Origin: Eledone cirrhosa
Lineage: Eukaryota
Reading direction: 5' to 3'
NCBI GenBank assembly: GCA_964016885.1
Contig: OZ024744.1
Coordinates: forward strand, 133,548,001-133,612,000
DNA: 64,000 bases
The notes beneath the pieces are model-generated. The model had not been told where the DNA came from. It was given only the letters and a program-made list of their open reading frames with translations, and did not search any database. The position numbers were made by a program, and so were the translations under genes. Positions 1 through 12,000 of the stretch are shown here, in pieces; within the stretch, counting starts at the first letter, position 1, and every line of letters starts with the position of its first letter.

Positions 1-3000
1 GGGGTTAAGTTAAGTTGGGGTTAAGTTAAGGCGGGGTTAAGTTGAGTTGGGGTTAAGTTAAGTTGGGGTTAAGTTAAGTTGGGGTTAACTTAAGTTGGGG
101 GTATTTAAGTTGGGTTTAAGTTAAGTGGGGTTAAGTTAAGTTGGGGTTAAGTTAAGTTGGGCTTAAGTTAAGTTGGGGTTAAGTTAGGTTGTGGTTAAGT
201 TAAGTTGGGGGTAAGTTAAGTTGGGGTAAATTTAAGTTGGGTCTAATTAAGTTGGGGTTAAGTTAAGTTGGGGTTAAGTTAAGTTGGGGTTGAGTTAATT
301 TGGGGTTAACTTAAGTTGGGGGTACTTAAGTTGGGTTTAAGTTAAGTGGGGTTAAGTTAAGTTGGGGTTAAGTTAAGTTGGGGTTAAGTTAAGTTGGTGG
401 TAAGTTAAGTTGGGGGTAAGTTAAGTTGGGGTTAATTTAAGTTGGGTCAAATTAAGTTGGGGTTAATTTAAGTTGGGGTTAAGTTAAGTTGGGGTTAAAT
501 TAAGTTGGGGTTAAGTTAAGTTGGGGTTAAATTAAGTTGGGGTTAAGTTAAGTTGGGGTTAAGTTAAGTGGGGGTTAACTTAAGTTGGGGGTAAGTTAAG
601 TTGGTGGTAATTTAAGTTGGGGGTAAGTTAAGATGGGGTTAAGTTAAGTTGGGGTTAAGTTAATTTGGGGTTAAGTTAGGGTTAAATTAAGTTGGGTTGA
701 GTTAAGTTGGGGTTAAATTAAGTTGGGGTTAAGTTAAGTTGGTGTTAAGTTAAGTTGGGGTTAAGTTAAGTTGGGGTTAAGTTAAGTTGGGGTTAAGTTA
801 GGTTGTGGTTAAGTTAAGTTGGGGGTAAGTTAAGTTGGCGGTAAGTTAAGTTGGGGTTTATTTAAGTTGGGTCTAATTAAGTTGGGGTTAAGTTAAGTTG
901 GGGTTAAGTTAAGTTGGGGTTAAATTAAGTTGGGGTTAAGCTAAGTTGAGGTTAAATTAAGTTGGGGTTAAGTTAAGTTGGGGTTAAGTTAAGTTGGGGT
1001 TAAGTTAAGTTGGGGTTAAATTAAGTTGGTGTTAAGTTAAGTTGGGGGTAAGTTAAGTTGGGGGCAAGTTAAGTTGGGGTTAAGTTAAGTTGGGGTTAAA
1101 TTAAGTTGGGGTTAAGTTAAGTTGGGGTTAAGTTAAGTGGTGGTTATGTTAAGTTGGGGTTAAGTTAAGTTGGGGTTGAGTTAAGTTGGGGTTGAGTGAA
1201 GTTGGGGTTAAGTTAAGTTGGGGTTAATTTATGTTGGGGTTAAGTTAAGTCGGGGTTAAGTTAAGTTGGGGTTGAGTTAAGTTGGGGTTAATTTAAGTTG
1301 GGGCTAAGTTAATTTGTGGTTAAGTTAAGTTGGGGTTAAGTTAAGTTGGGGTTAAGTTAAGTTGGGGTTGAGTTAAGTTGGGGTTGAGTTAATTTAGGGT
1401 TAAGTTAAGTTGGGGTTAAGTTAAGTTGGGTTTAAGTTAAGTTGGGGTTAAATTAAGTTGGGGTTAAGTTAAGGTGGGGGTAAGTTAAGTTGGGGGCAAG
1501 TTAAGTTGGGGTTAAGTTAAGTTGGGGTTTATTTAAGTTGGGGTTAATTAAGTTGGGGTTAAGTTAAGTTGGGGTTAAGTTAAGTTGGGGTTAATTTAAG
1601 TTGGGGTTTAGTTAAGTTGGGGTTAAGTTAAGTTGGGTTTATATTAAGTTGGGGTTAAGTTAAGTTGGGGTTAAGTTATGTTGGGGTTCAGTTAAGTTGC
1701 GGTTAATTTAAGTTGGGGTTAAGTTAAGTTGGGGTTAAGTTAAGTTGGGGTTAAGTTAAGTTGGGGTTAAGTTAAGTTGGTGTTAAGTTAAGTTGGGGCT
1801 AAGTTAAGTTGGGGCTGAGTTAAGTTGGGGCTGAGTTAAGTTGGGGTTAAGTTAAGTTGGGGTTGAGTTAAGTTGGGGTTTAGTTAAGTTGGGGTTAAGT
1901 TAAGTTGGGGTTAATTTAAGTTGGGGTTAAGTTAAGTTGCGGGTGATTTAAGTTGGGGTTAAGTTAAGTTGGGGTTAAGTTAAGTTGGGGTTAAGTTAAG
2001 TTGGGGTTAAGTTAAGTTGGGGTTAATTTAAGTTGGGGGAAAGTTAAGTTGGGGGTAAGTTAAGTTGGGGGTAAGTTAAGTTGGGGTTAAGTTAAGTTGG
2101 GGTTAAGTTAAGTTAGGGTTAAGTTAAGTTGGGGTTGAGTTAAGTTGGGGTTAAGTTAAGTTGGGGTTATTTTAAGTTGGGGTTCAGTTAAGTTGCGGTT
2201 AAGTTAAGTTGGGGTTAAGTTAAGTTGGGGTTAAGTTAAATTGGGGTTAAGTTAAGTTGGGGTTAAGTTAAGTTGGGGTTAAGTTAAGTTGGGGTTAAGT
2301 TAGATTGTGGTTAAGTTAAGTTGGGGTTAAGTTAAGTTGGGGTTAAGTTAAGTTGGGGTTAAGTTAAGGCGGGGTTAAGTTGAGTTGGGGTTAAGTTAAG
2401 TTGGGGTTAAGTTAAGTTGGGGTTAACTTAAGTTGGGGGTACTTAAGTTGGGTTTAAGTTAAGTGGGGTTAAGTTAAGTTGGGGTTAAGTTAAGTTGGGG
2501 TTAAGTTAAGTTGGGGTTAAGTTAGGTTGTGGTTAAATTAAGTTGGGGGTAAGTTAAGTTGGGGGTAAGTTAAGTTGGGGTTAATTTAAGTTGGGTCTAA
2601 TTAAGTTGGGGTTAAGTTAAGTTGGGGTTAAGTTAAGTTGGGGATGAGTTAATTTGGGGTTAACTTAAGTTGGGGGTACTTAAGTTGGGTTTAAGTTAAG
2701 TGGGGTTAAGTTAAGTTGGGGTTAAGTTAAGTTGGGGTTAAGTTAAGTTGGGGGTAAGTTAAGTTGGGGGTAAGTTAAGTTGGGGTTAATTTAAGTTGGG
2801 TCAAATTAAGTTGGGGTTAATTTAAGTTGGGGTTAAGTTAAGTTGGGGTTAAATTAAGTTGGGGTTAAGTTAAGTTGGGGTTAAATTAAGTTGGGGTTAA
2901 GTTAAGTTGGGGTTAAGTTAAGTTGGGGTTAAGTTAAGTTGGGGGTAAGGTAAGTTGGTGGTAGTTAAGTTGGGGGTAAGTTAAGATGGGGTTAAGTTAA

Positions 3001-6000
3001 GTTGGGGTTAAGTTAATTTGGGGTTAAGTTAGGGTTAAGTTAAGTTGGGTTGAGTTAAGTTGGGGTTAAATTAAGTTGGGGTTAAGTTAAGTTGGGGTTA
3101 GGTTAAGTTGGGGTTAAGTTAAGTTGGGGTTAAGTTAGGTTGTGGTTAAGTTAAGTTGGGGGTAAGTTAAGTTGGGGGTAAGTTAAGTTGGGGTTAATTT
3201 AAGTTGGGTTTAATTAAGTTGGGGTTAAGTTAAGTTGGGGTTAAGTTAAGTTGGGGTTAAATTAAGTTGGGGTTAAGTTAAGTTGAGGTTAAATTAAGTT
3301 GGGGTTAAGTTAAGTTGGGGTTAAATTAAGTTGGGGTTAAATTAAGTTGGGGTTAAGTTAAGTTGGGGGTAAGTTAAGTTGGGGGCAAGTTAAGTTGGGG
3401 TTAAGTTAAGTTGGGGTTAAATTAAGTTGGGGTTAAGTTAAGTTGGGGTTATATTAAGTTGGGGTTATGTTAAGTTGGGGTTAAGTTAAGTTGGGGTTGA
3501 GTTAAGTTGGGGTTGAGTGAAGTTGGGGTTAAGTTAAGTTGGGGTTAATTTATGTTGGGGTTAAGTTAAGTCGGGGTTAAGTTAAGTTGGGGTTGAGTTA
3601 AGTTGGGGTTGAGTTAAGTTGGGGTTGAGTTAATTTAGGGTTAAGTTAAGTTGGGGTTAAGTTAAGTTGGGTTTAAGTTAAGTTGGGGTTAAATTAAGTT
3701 GGGGTTAAGTTAAGTTGGGGGTAAGTTAAGTTGGGGGCAAGTTAACTGGGGTTAAGTTAAGTTGGGGTTGAATTAAGTTAGGGTTAAGTTAAGTTGGTGT
3801 TAAGTTAAGTTGGGGTTTATTTAAGTTGGGGTTAATTAAGTTGGGGTTAAGTTAAGTTGGGGTTAAGTTAAGTTGGGTTTATATTAAGTTGGGGTTAAGT
3901 TAAGTTGGGGTTAAGTTAAGTTGAGGTTCAGTTAAGTTGCGGTTAATTTAAGTTGGGGTTAAGTTAAGTTGGGGTTAAGTTAAGTTGGGGTTAAGTTAAG
4001 TTGGGGTTAAGTTAAGTTGGTGTTAAGTTAAGTTGGGGCTAAGTTAAGTTGGGGCTGAGTTAAGTTGGGGCTGAGTTAAGTTGGGGTTAAGTTAAGTTGG
4101 GGTTGAGTTAAGTTGGGGTTAAGTTAAGTTGGGGTTAAGTTAAGTTGGGGTTAAGTTAAGTTAGGGTTTAGTTAAGTTGGGGTTCAGTTAAGTTGGGGTT
4201 AAGTTAAGTTTGGGTTAAGTTGGGGTTAAATTAATTTGGGGTTAAGTTAAGTTGGGGTTTAGTTAAGTTGGGGTTAAGTTAAGTTGGGGTTAATTTAAGT
4301 TGGGGTTAAGTTAATTTGCGGGTGATTTAAGTTGGGGTTAAGTTAAGTTGGGGTTAAGTTAAGTTGGGGTTAAGTTAAGTTGGGGTTAAGTTAAGTTGGG
4401 GTTAAGTTAAGTTGGGGGTAAGTTAAGTTGGGGGTAAGTTAAGTTGGGGTTAAGTTAAGTTGGGGTTAAGTTAAGTTAGGGTTAAGTTAAGTTGGGGTTG
4501 AGTTAAGTTGGTGTTAATTTAAGTTGGGGTTATGTTAAGTTGGGGTTAATTTAAGTTGCGGTTAAGTTAAGTTGGGGTGAAGTTAAGGCGGGGTTAAGTT
4601 GAGTTGGGGTTAAGTTAAGTTGGGGTTTAGTTAAGTTGGGGTTAACTTAAGTTGGGGGTACTTAAGTTGGGTTTAAGTTAAGTGGGGTTAAGTTAAGTTG
4701 GGGTTAAGTTAAGTTGGGGTTAAGTTAAGTTGGGGTTAAATTAAGTTGGGGTTAAGTTAAGTTGGGGTTAAATTAAGTTGGGGTTAAGATAAGTTGGGGT
4801 TAAGTTAAGTTGGGGTTGAGTTAAGTTGGGGTTGAGTTAATTTGGGGTTAACTTAAGTTGGGGGTACTTAAGTAGGATTCAAGTTAAGTGGGGTTAAGTT
4901 AAGTTGGGGTTAAGTTAAGTTGGGGTTAAGTTAAGTTGGGGTTAAGTTAAGGCGGGGTTAAGTTAAGGCGGGGTTAATTTAAGTTGGGGTTAAGTTAAGT
5001 TGGGGCTAAGTTAAGTTGGGGCTAAGTTAAGTTGGGGTTAAGTTAAGTTGGGGTTAAGTTAAGGTGGGGTTAATTTAAGTTGGGGTCAACTTAAATTGGG
5101 GTTAAGTTAAGTTGGGGTTAAGTTAAGTTGGGGTTAAGTTAAGTTGCGGGTGATTTAAGTTGGGGTTAAGTTAAGTTGGGGTTAAGTTAAGTTGGGGTTA
5201 AGTTAAGTTGGGGTTAAGTTAAGTTGGGGGAAAGTTAAGTTGGGGGTAAGTTAAGTTGGGGGTAAGTTAAGTTGGGGTTAAGTTAAGTTAGGGTTAAGTT
5301 AAGTTGGGGTTGAGTTAAGTTGGTGTTAATTTAAGTTGGGGTTATGTTAAGTTGGGGTTAATTTAAGTTGCGGTTAAGTTAAGTTGGGGTTAAGTTAAGT
5401 TGGGGTTAAGTTAAGTTGGGGTTAAGTTAAGTTGGGGTTAAGTTAAGTTGGGGTTAAGTTAAGGCGGGGTTAAGTTGAGTTGGGGTTAAGTTAAGTTGGG
5501 GTTAAGTTAAGTTGGGGTTAACTTAAGTTGGGGGTACTTAAGTTGGGTTTAAGTTAAGTGGGGTTAAGTTAAGTTGGGGTTAAGTTAAGTTGGGGTTAAG
5601 TTAAGTTGGGGTTAAATTAAGTTGGGGTTAAGTTAAGTTGGGGTTAAATTAAGTTGGGGTTAAGATAAGTTGGGGTTAAGTTAAGTTGGGGTTGAGTTAA
5701 GTTGGGGTTGAGTTAATTTGGGGTTAACTTAAGTTGGGGGTACTTAAGTAGGATTCAAGTTAAGTGGGGTTAAGTTAAGTTGGGGTTAAGTTAAGTTGGG
5801 GTTAAGTTAAGTTGGGGTTAAGTTAGGTTGTGGTTAAGTTAAGTTGGGGGTAAGTTAAGTTGGGGGTAAGTTAAGTTGGGGTTAAGTTAAGTTGGGGTTA
5901 AGTTAAGTTGGGGTTAAATTAAGTTGGGGTTAAGTTAAGTTGAGGTTAAATTAAGTTGGGGTTAAGTTAAGTTGGGGTTAAGTTAAGTTGGGGTTAAGTT

Positions 6001-9000
6001 AAGTTGGGGTTAAATTAAGTTGGGGTTAAATAAAGTTGGGGTTAAGTTAAGTTGGGGGTAAGTTAAGTTGGGGGCAAGTTAAGTTGGGGTTAAGTTAAGT
6101 TGGGGTTAAATTAAGTTGGGGTTAAGTTAAGTTGGGGTTAAGTTAAGTGGTGGTTATGTTAAGTTGGGGTTAAGTTAAGTTGGGGTTGAGTTAAGTTGGG
6201 GTTGAGTGAAGTTGGGGTTAAGTTAAGTTGTGGTTAATTTATGTTGGGGTTAAGTTAAGTCGGGGTTAAGTTAAGTTGGGGTTAAGTTAAGTTGGGGTTA
6301 AGTTAAGTTGGGGTTGAGTTAAGTTGGGGTTGAGTTAATTTAGGGTTAAGTTAAGTTGGGGTTAAGTTAAGTTGGGTTTAAGTTAAGTTGGGGTTAAATT
6401 AAGTTGGGGTTAAGTTAAGTTGCGGGTAAGTTAAGTTGGTGTTAAGTTAAGTTGGGGTTAAGTTAAGTTGGGGTTGAATTAAGTTGGGGTTAAGTTAAGT
6501 TGGGGTTAAGTTAAGTTGGGGTTAATTTAAATTGGGGTTTAGTTAAGTTGGGGTTAAGTTAAGTTGGGTTTATATTAAGTTGGGGTTAAGTTAAGTTGGG
6601 GTTAAGTTAAGTTGGGGTTCAGTTAAGTTGCGGTTAATTTAAGTTGGTGTTAATTTAAGTTGGGGTTAAGTTAAGTTGGGGTTAAGTTAAGTTGGTGTTA
6701 AGTTAAGTTGGGGCTAAGTTAAGTTGGGGCTGAGTTAAGTTGGGGCTGAGTTAAGTTGGGGTTAAGTTAAGTTGGGGTTGAGTTAAGTTGGGGTTAAGTT
6801 AAGTTGGGGTTAAGTTAAGTTGGGGTTAAGTTAAGTTGGGGTTCAGTTAAGTTGGGGTTAAGTTAAGTTTGGGTTAAGTTGGGGTTAAATTAATTTGGGG
6901 TTAAGTTAAGTTGGGGTTTAGTTCAGTTAGGGTTAAGTTAAGTTGGGGTTAATTTAAGTTGGGGTTAAGTTAAGTTGCGGGTGATTTAAGTTGGGGTTAA
7001 GTTAAGTTGGGGTTGAGTTAAGTTGGGATTAAGTTAAGTTGGGGTTATGTTAAGTTGGGGTTAAGTTAAGTTGCGGTTAAGTTAAGTTGGGGTTAAGTTA
7101 AGTTGGGGTTAAGTTAAATTGGGGTTAAGTTAAGTTGGGGTTAAGTTAAGTTGGGGTTAAGTTAAGTTGGGGTTAAGTTAGATTGTGGTTAAGTTAAGTT
7201 GGGGTTAAGTTAAGGCGGGGTTAAGTTAAGGCGGGGTTAATTTAAGTTGGGGTTAAGTTAAGTTGGGGCTAAGTTAAGTTGGGGCTAAGTTAAGTTGGGG
7301 TTAAGTTAAGTTGGGGTTAAGTTAAGGTGGGGTTAATTTAAGTTGGGGTCAACTTAAATTGGGGTTAAGTTAAGTTGTGGTTAAGTTAAGTTGGGGTTAA
7401 GTTAAGTTGGGGCTAAGTTAAGTTGGGGCTGAGTTAAGTTGGGGCTGAGTTAAGTTGGGGTTAAGTTAAGTTGGGGTTGAGTTAAGTTGGGGTTAAGTTA
7501 AGTTGGGGTTAAGTTAAGTTGGGGTTCATTAAAGTTGGGGTTAAGTTAAGTTGGGGTTAAGATGGGGTTAAATTAAGTTGGGGTTAAGTTAAGTTGGGGT
7601 TAAGGTAAGTCGGGGTTAAGTTAAGTCGGGGTTAAGTTAAGTTAGGGTTAAGTTAAGTTGGAGTTCAGTTAAGTTGGGGTTGAGTTAAGTTGGTGTTGAG
7701 TTAAGTTGGGGTTAAGTTAAGTTGGGGTTAAGTTAAGTTGCAGTTAAGTTAAGTTGAGGTTTAGTTAAGTTGGGGCTAAGTTAAGTTGGGGCTAAGTTAA
7801 GTTGGGGCTAAGTTAAGTTGGGGTTCAGTTAAGTTGGTGTTAAGTTAAGTTTGGGTTAAGTTGTGGTTAAGTTAAGTTGGGGGTAAGTTAAGTTGGGGGT
7901 AAGTTAAGTTGGGGTTAATTTAAGTTGGGTCTAATTAAGTTGGGGTTAAGTTAAGTTGGGGTTAAGTTAAGTTGGGGTTAAGTTAAGTTGGGGGTACTTA
8001 AGTTGGGTTTAAGTTAAGTGGGGTTAAGTTAAGTTGGGGTTAAGTTAAGTTGGGGTTAAGTTAAGTTGGGGGTAAGTTAAGTTGGGGGTAAGTTAAGTTG
8101 GGGTTAATTTAAGTTGGGTCAAATTAAGTTGGGGTTAAGTTAAGTTGGGGTTAAGTTAAGTTGGGGTTAAATTAAGTTGGGGTTAAGTTAAGTTGGGGTT
8201 AAATTAAGTTGGGGTTAAGTTAAGTTGGGGTTAAATTAAGTTGGGGTTAAGTTAAGTTGGGGGTAAGTTAAGTTGGTGGTAAGTTAAGTTGGGGGTAAGT
8301 TAAGATGGGGTAAGTTAAGTTGGGGTTAAGTTAATTTGGGGTAAAGTTAAGTTGGGGTTATGTTAAGTTGGAGTTAAGTTAAGTTGGGGTTAAGTTGAGT
8401 TGGGGTTCAGTTAAGTTGCGGTTGATTTAAGTTTGGGTTAAGTTAAGTTGGGGTTAAGTTAAGTTGGGGTTAAGTTAAGTTGGGGTTAAGTTAAGTTGGG
8501 GTTAAGTTAAGTTGGGGTTAAATTAAGTTGGGGTTAAGTTAAGTTGGGGTTAAATTAAGTTGGGGTTAAGATAAGTTGGGGTTAAGTTAAGTTGGGTTTG
8601 AGTTAAGTTGGGGTTGAGTTAATTTGGGGTTAACTTAAGTTGGGGGTACTTAAGTAGGATTCAAGTTAAGTGGGGTTAAGTTAAGTTGGGGTTAAGTTAA
8701 GTTGGGGTTAAGTTAAGTTGGGGTTAAGTTAGGTTGTGGTTAAGTTAAGTTGGGGGTAAGTTAAGTTGGGGGTAAGTTAAGTTGGGGTTAATTAAAGTTG
8801 GGTCTAATTAAGTTGCGGTTAAGTTAAGTTGGGGTTAAGTTAAGTTGGGGTTAAATTAAGTTGGGGTTAAGTTAAGTTGAGGTTAAATTAAGTTGGGGTT
8901 AAGTTAAGTTGGGGTTAAGTTAAGTTGGGGTTAAATTAAGTTGGGGTTGAGTTAAGTTGGTGTTGAGTTAAGTTGGGGTTAAGTTAAGTTGGGGTTAAGT

Positions 9001-12000
9001 TAAGTTGCAGTTAAGTTAAGTTGAGGTTTAGTTAAGTTGGGGCTAAGTTAAGTAGGGGCTAAGTTAAGTTGGGGCTAAGTTAAGTTGGGGTTCAGTTAAG
9101 TTGGTGTTAAGTTAAGTTTGGGTTAAGTTGTGGTTAAGTTAAGTTGGGGGTAAGTTAAGTTGGGGGTAAGTTAAGTTGGGGTTAATTTAAGTTGGGTCTA
9201 ATTAAGTTGGGGTTAAGTTAAGTTGGGGTTAAGTTAAGTTGGGGTTAAGTTAAGTTGGGGGTACTTAAGTTGGGTTTAAGTTAAGTGGGGTTAAGTTAAG
9301 TTGGGGTTAAGTTAAGTTGGGGTTAAGTTAAGTTGGGGGTAAGTTAAGTTGGGGGTAAGTTAAGTTGGGGTTAATTTAAGTTGGGTCAAATTAAGTTGGG
9401 GTTAAGTTAAGTTGGGGTTAAGTTAAGTTGGGGTTAAATTAAGTTGGGGTTAAGTTAAGTTGGGGTTAAATTAAGTTGGGGTTAAGTTAAGTTGGGGTTA
9501 AATTAAGTTGGGGTTAAGTTAAGTTGGGGGTAAGTTAAGTTGGTGGTAAGTTAAGTTGGGGGTAAGTTAAGATGGGGTAAGTTAAGTTGGGGTTAAGTTA
9601 ATTTGGGGTAAAGTTAAGTTGGGGTTATGTTAAGTTGGAGTTAAGTTAAGTTGGGGTTAAGTTGAGTTGGGGTTCAGTTAAGTTGCGGTTGATTTAAGTT
9701 TGGGTTAAGTTAAGTTGGGGTTAAGTTAAGTTGGGGTTAAGTTAAGTTGGGGTTAAGTTAAGTTGGGGTTAAGTTAAGTTGGGGTTAAATTAAGTTGGGG
9801 TTAAGTTAAGTTGGGGTTAAATTAAGTTGGGGTTAAGATAAGTTGGGGTTAAGTTAAGTTGGGTTTGAGTTAAGTTGGGGTTGAGTTAATTTGGGGTTAA
9901 CTTAAGTTGGGGGTACTTAAGTAGGATTCAAGTTAAGTGGGGTTAAGTTAAGTTGGGGTTAAGTTAAGTTGGGGTTAAGTTAAGTTGGGGTTAAGTTAGG
10001 TTGTGGTTAAGTTAAGTTGGGGGTAAGTTAAGTTGGGGGTAAGTTAAGTTGGGGTTAATTAAAGTTGGGTCTAATTAAGTTGCGGTTAAGTTAAGTTGGG
10101 GTTAAGTTAAGTTGGGGTTAAATTAAGTTGGGGTTAAGTTAAGTTGAGGTTAAATTAAGTTGGGGTTAAGTTAAGTTGGGGTTAAGTTAAGTTGGGGTTA
10201 AGTTAAGTTGGGGTTAAATTAAGTTGGGGTTAAATAAAGTTGGGGTTAAGTTAAGTTGGGGGTAAGTTAAGTTGGGGGCAAGTTAAGTTGGGGTTAAGTT
10301 AAGTTGGGGTTAAATTAAGTTGGGGTTAAGTTAAGTTGGGGTTAAGTTAAGTGGTGGTTATGTTAAGTTGGGGTTAAGTTAAGTTGGGGTTGAGTTAAGT
10401 TGGGGTTGAGTGAAGTTGGGGTTAAGTTAAGTTGGGGTTAATTTATGTTGGGGTTAAGTTAAGTTGGGGTTAAGTTAAGTTGGGGTTGAGTTAAGTTGGG
10501 GTTGAGTTAATTTAGGGTTAAGTTAAGTTGGGGTTAAGTTAAGTTGGGTTTAAGTTAAGTTGGGGTTAAATTAAGTTGGGGTTAAGTTAAGTTGCGGGTA
10601 AGTTAAGTTGGTGTTAAGTTAAGTTGGGGTTAAGTTAAGTTGGGGTTGAATTAAGTTGGGGTTAAGTTAAGTTGGGGTTAAGTTAAATCGGGGTTAATTT
10701 AAATTGGGGTTTAGTTAAGTTGGGGTTAAGTTAAGTTGGGTTTATATTAAGTTGGGGTTAAGTTAAGTTGTGGTTAAGTTAAGTTGGGGTTCAGTTAAGT
10801 TGCGGTTAATTTAAGTTGGTGTTAATTTAAGTTGGGGTTAAGTTAAGTTGGTGTTAAGTTAAGTTGGTGTTAAGTTAAGTTGGGGCTAAGTTAAGTTGGG
10901 GCTGAGTTAAGTTGGGGCTGAGTTAAGTTGGGGTTAAGTTAAGTTGGGGTTGAGTTAAGTTGGGGTTAAGTTAACTTGGGGTTAAGTTAAGTTGGGGTTA
11001 AGTTAAGTTGGGGTTCAGTTAAGTTGGGGTTAAGTTAAGTTTGGGTTAAGTTGGGGTTAAATTAATTTGGGGTTAAGTTAAGTTGGGGTTTAGTTAAGTT
11101 AGGGTTAAGTTAAGTTGGGGTTAATTTAAGTTGGGGTTAAGTTAAGTTGCGGGTGATTTAAGTTGGGGTTAAGTTAAGTTGGGGTTAAGTTAAGTTGGTG
11201 TTAAGTTAAGTTGGGGGAAAGTTAAGTTGGGGCTAAGTTAAGTTGGGGGTAAGTTAAGTTGGGGTTAAGTTAAGTTGGGGTTAAGTTAAGTTAGGGTTAA
11301 GTTAAGTTGGGGTTGAGTTAAGTTGGGGTTAAGTTAAGTTGGGGTTATGTTAAGTTGGGGTTAAGTTAAGTTGCGGTTAAGTTAAGTTGGGGTTAAGTTA
11401 AGTTGGGGTTAAGTTAAATTGGGGTTAAGTTAAGTTGGGGTTAAGTTAAGTTGGGGTTAAGTTAAGTTGGGGTTAAGTTAGATTGTGGTTAAGTTAAGTT
11501 GGGGTTAAGTTAAGTTGGGGTTAAGTTAAGGCGGGGTTAAGTTGAGTTGGGGTTAAGTTAAGTTGGGGTTAAGTTAAGTTGGGGTTAACTTAAGTTGGGG
11601 GTACTTAAGTTGGGTTTAAGTTAAGTGGGGTTAAGTTAAGTTGGGGTTAAGTTAAGTTGGGGTTAAGTTAAGTTGGGGTTAAGTTAGGTTGTGGTTAAGT
11701 TAAGTTGGGGGTAAGTTAAGTTGGGGGTAAGTTAAGTTGGGGTAAATTTAAGTTGGGTCTAATTAAGTTGGGGTTAAGTTAAGTTGGGGTTAAGTTAAGT
11801 TGGGGTTGAGTTAATTTGGGGTTAACTTAAGTTGGGGGTACTTAAGTTGGGTTTAAGTTAAGTGGGGTTAAGTTAAGTTGGGGTTAAGTTAAGTTGGGGT
11901 TAAGTTAAGTTGGTGGTAAGTTAAGTTGGGGGTAAGTTAAGTTGGGGTTAATTTAAGTTGGGTCAAATTAAGTTGGGGTTAATTTAAGTTGGGGTTAAGT

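Noticed and set aside
676-681. Scattered TTAGGG or TTTAGGG as canonical vertebrate or plant telomere repeats
   Set aside because: They are isolated single-base or deletion variants of TTGGGG within the monomer and never occur in tandem.
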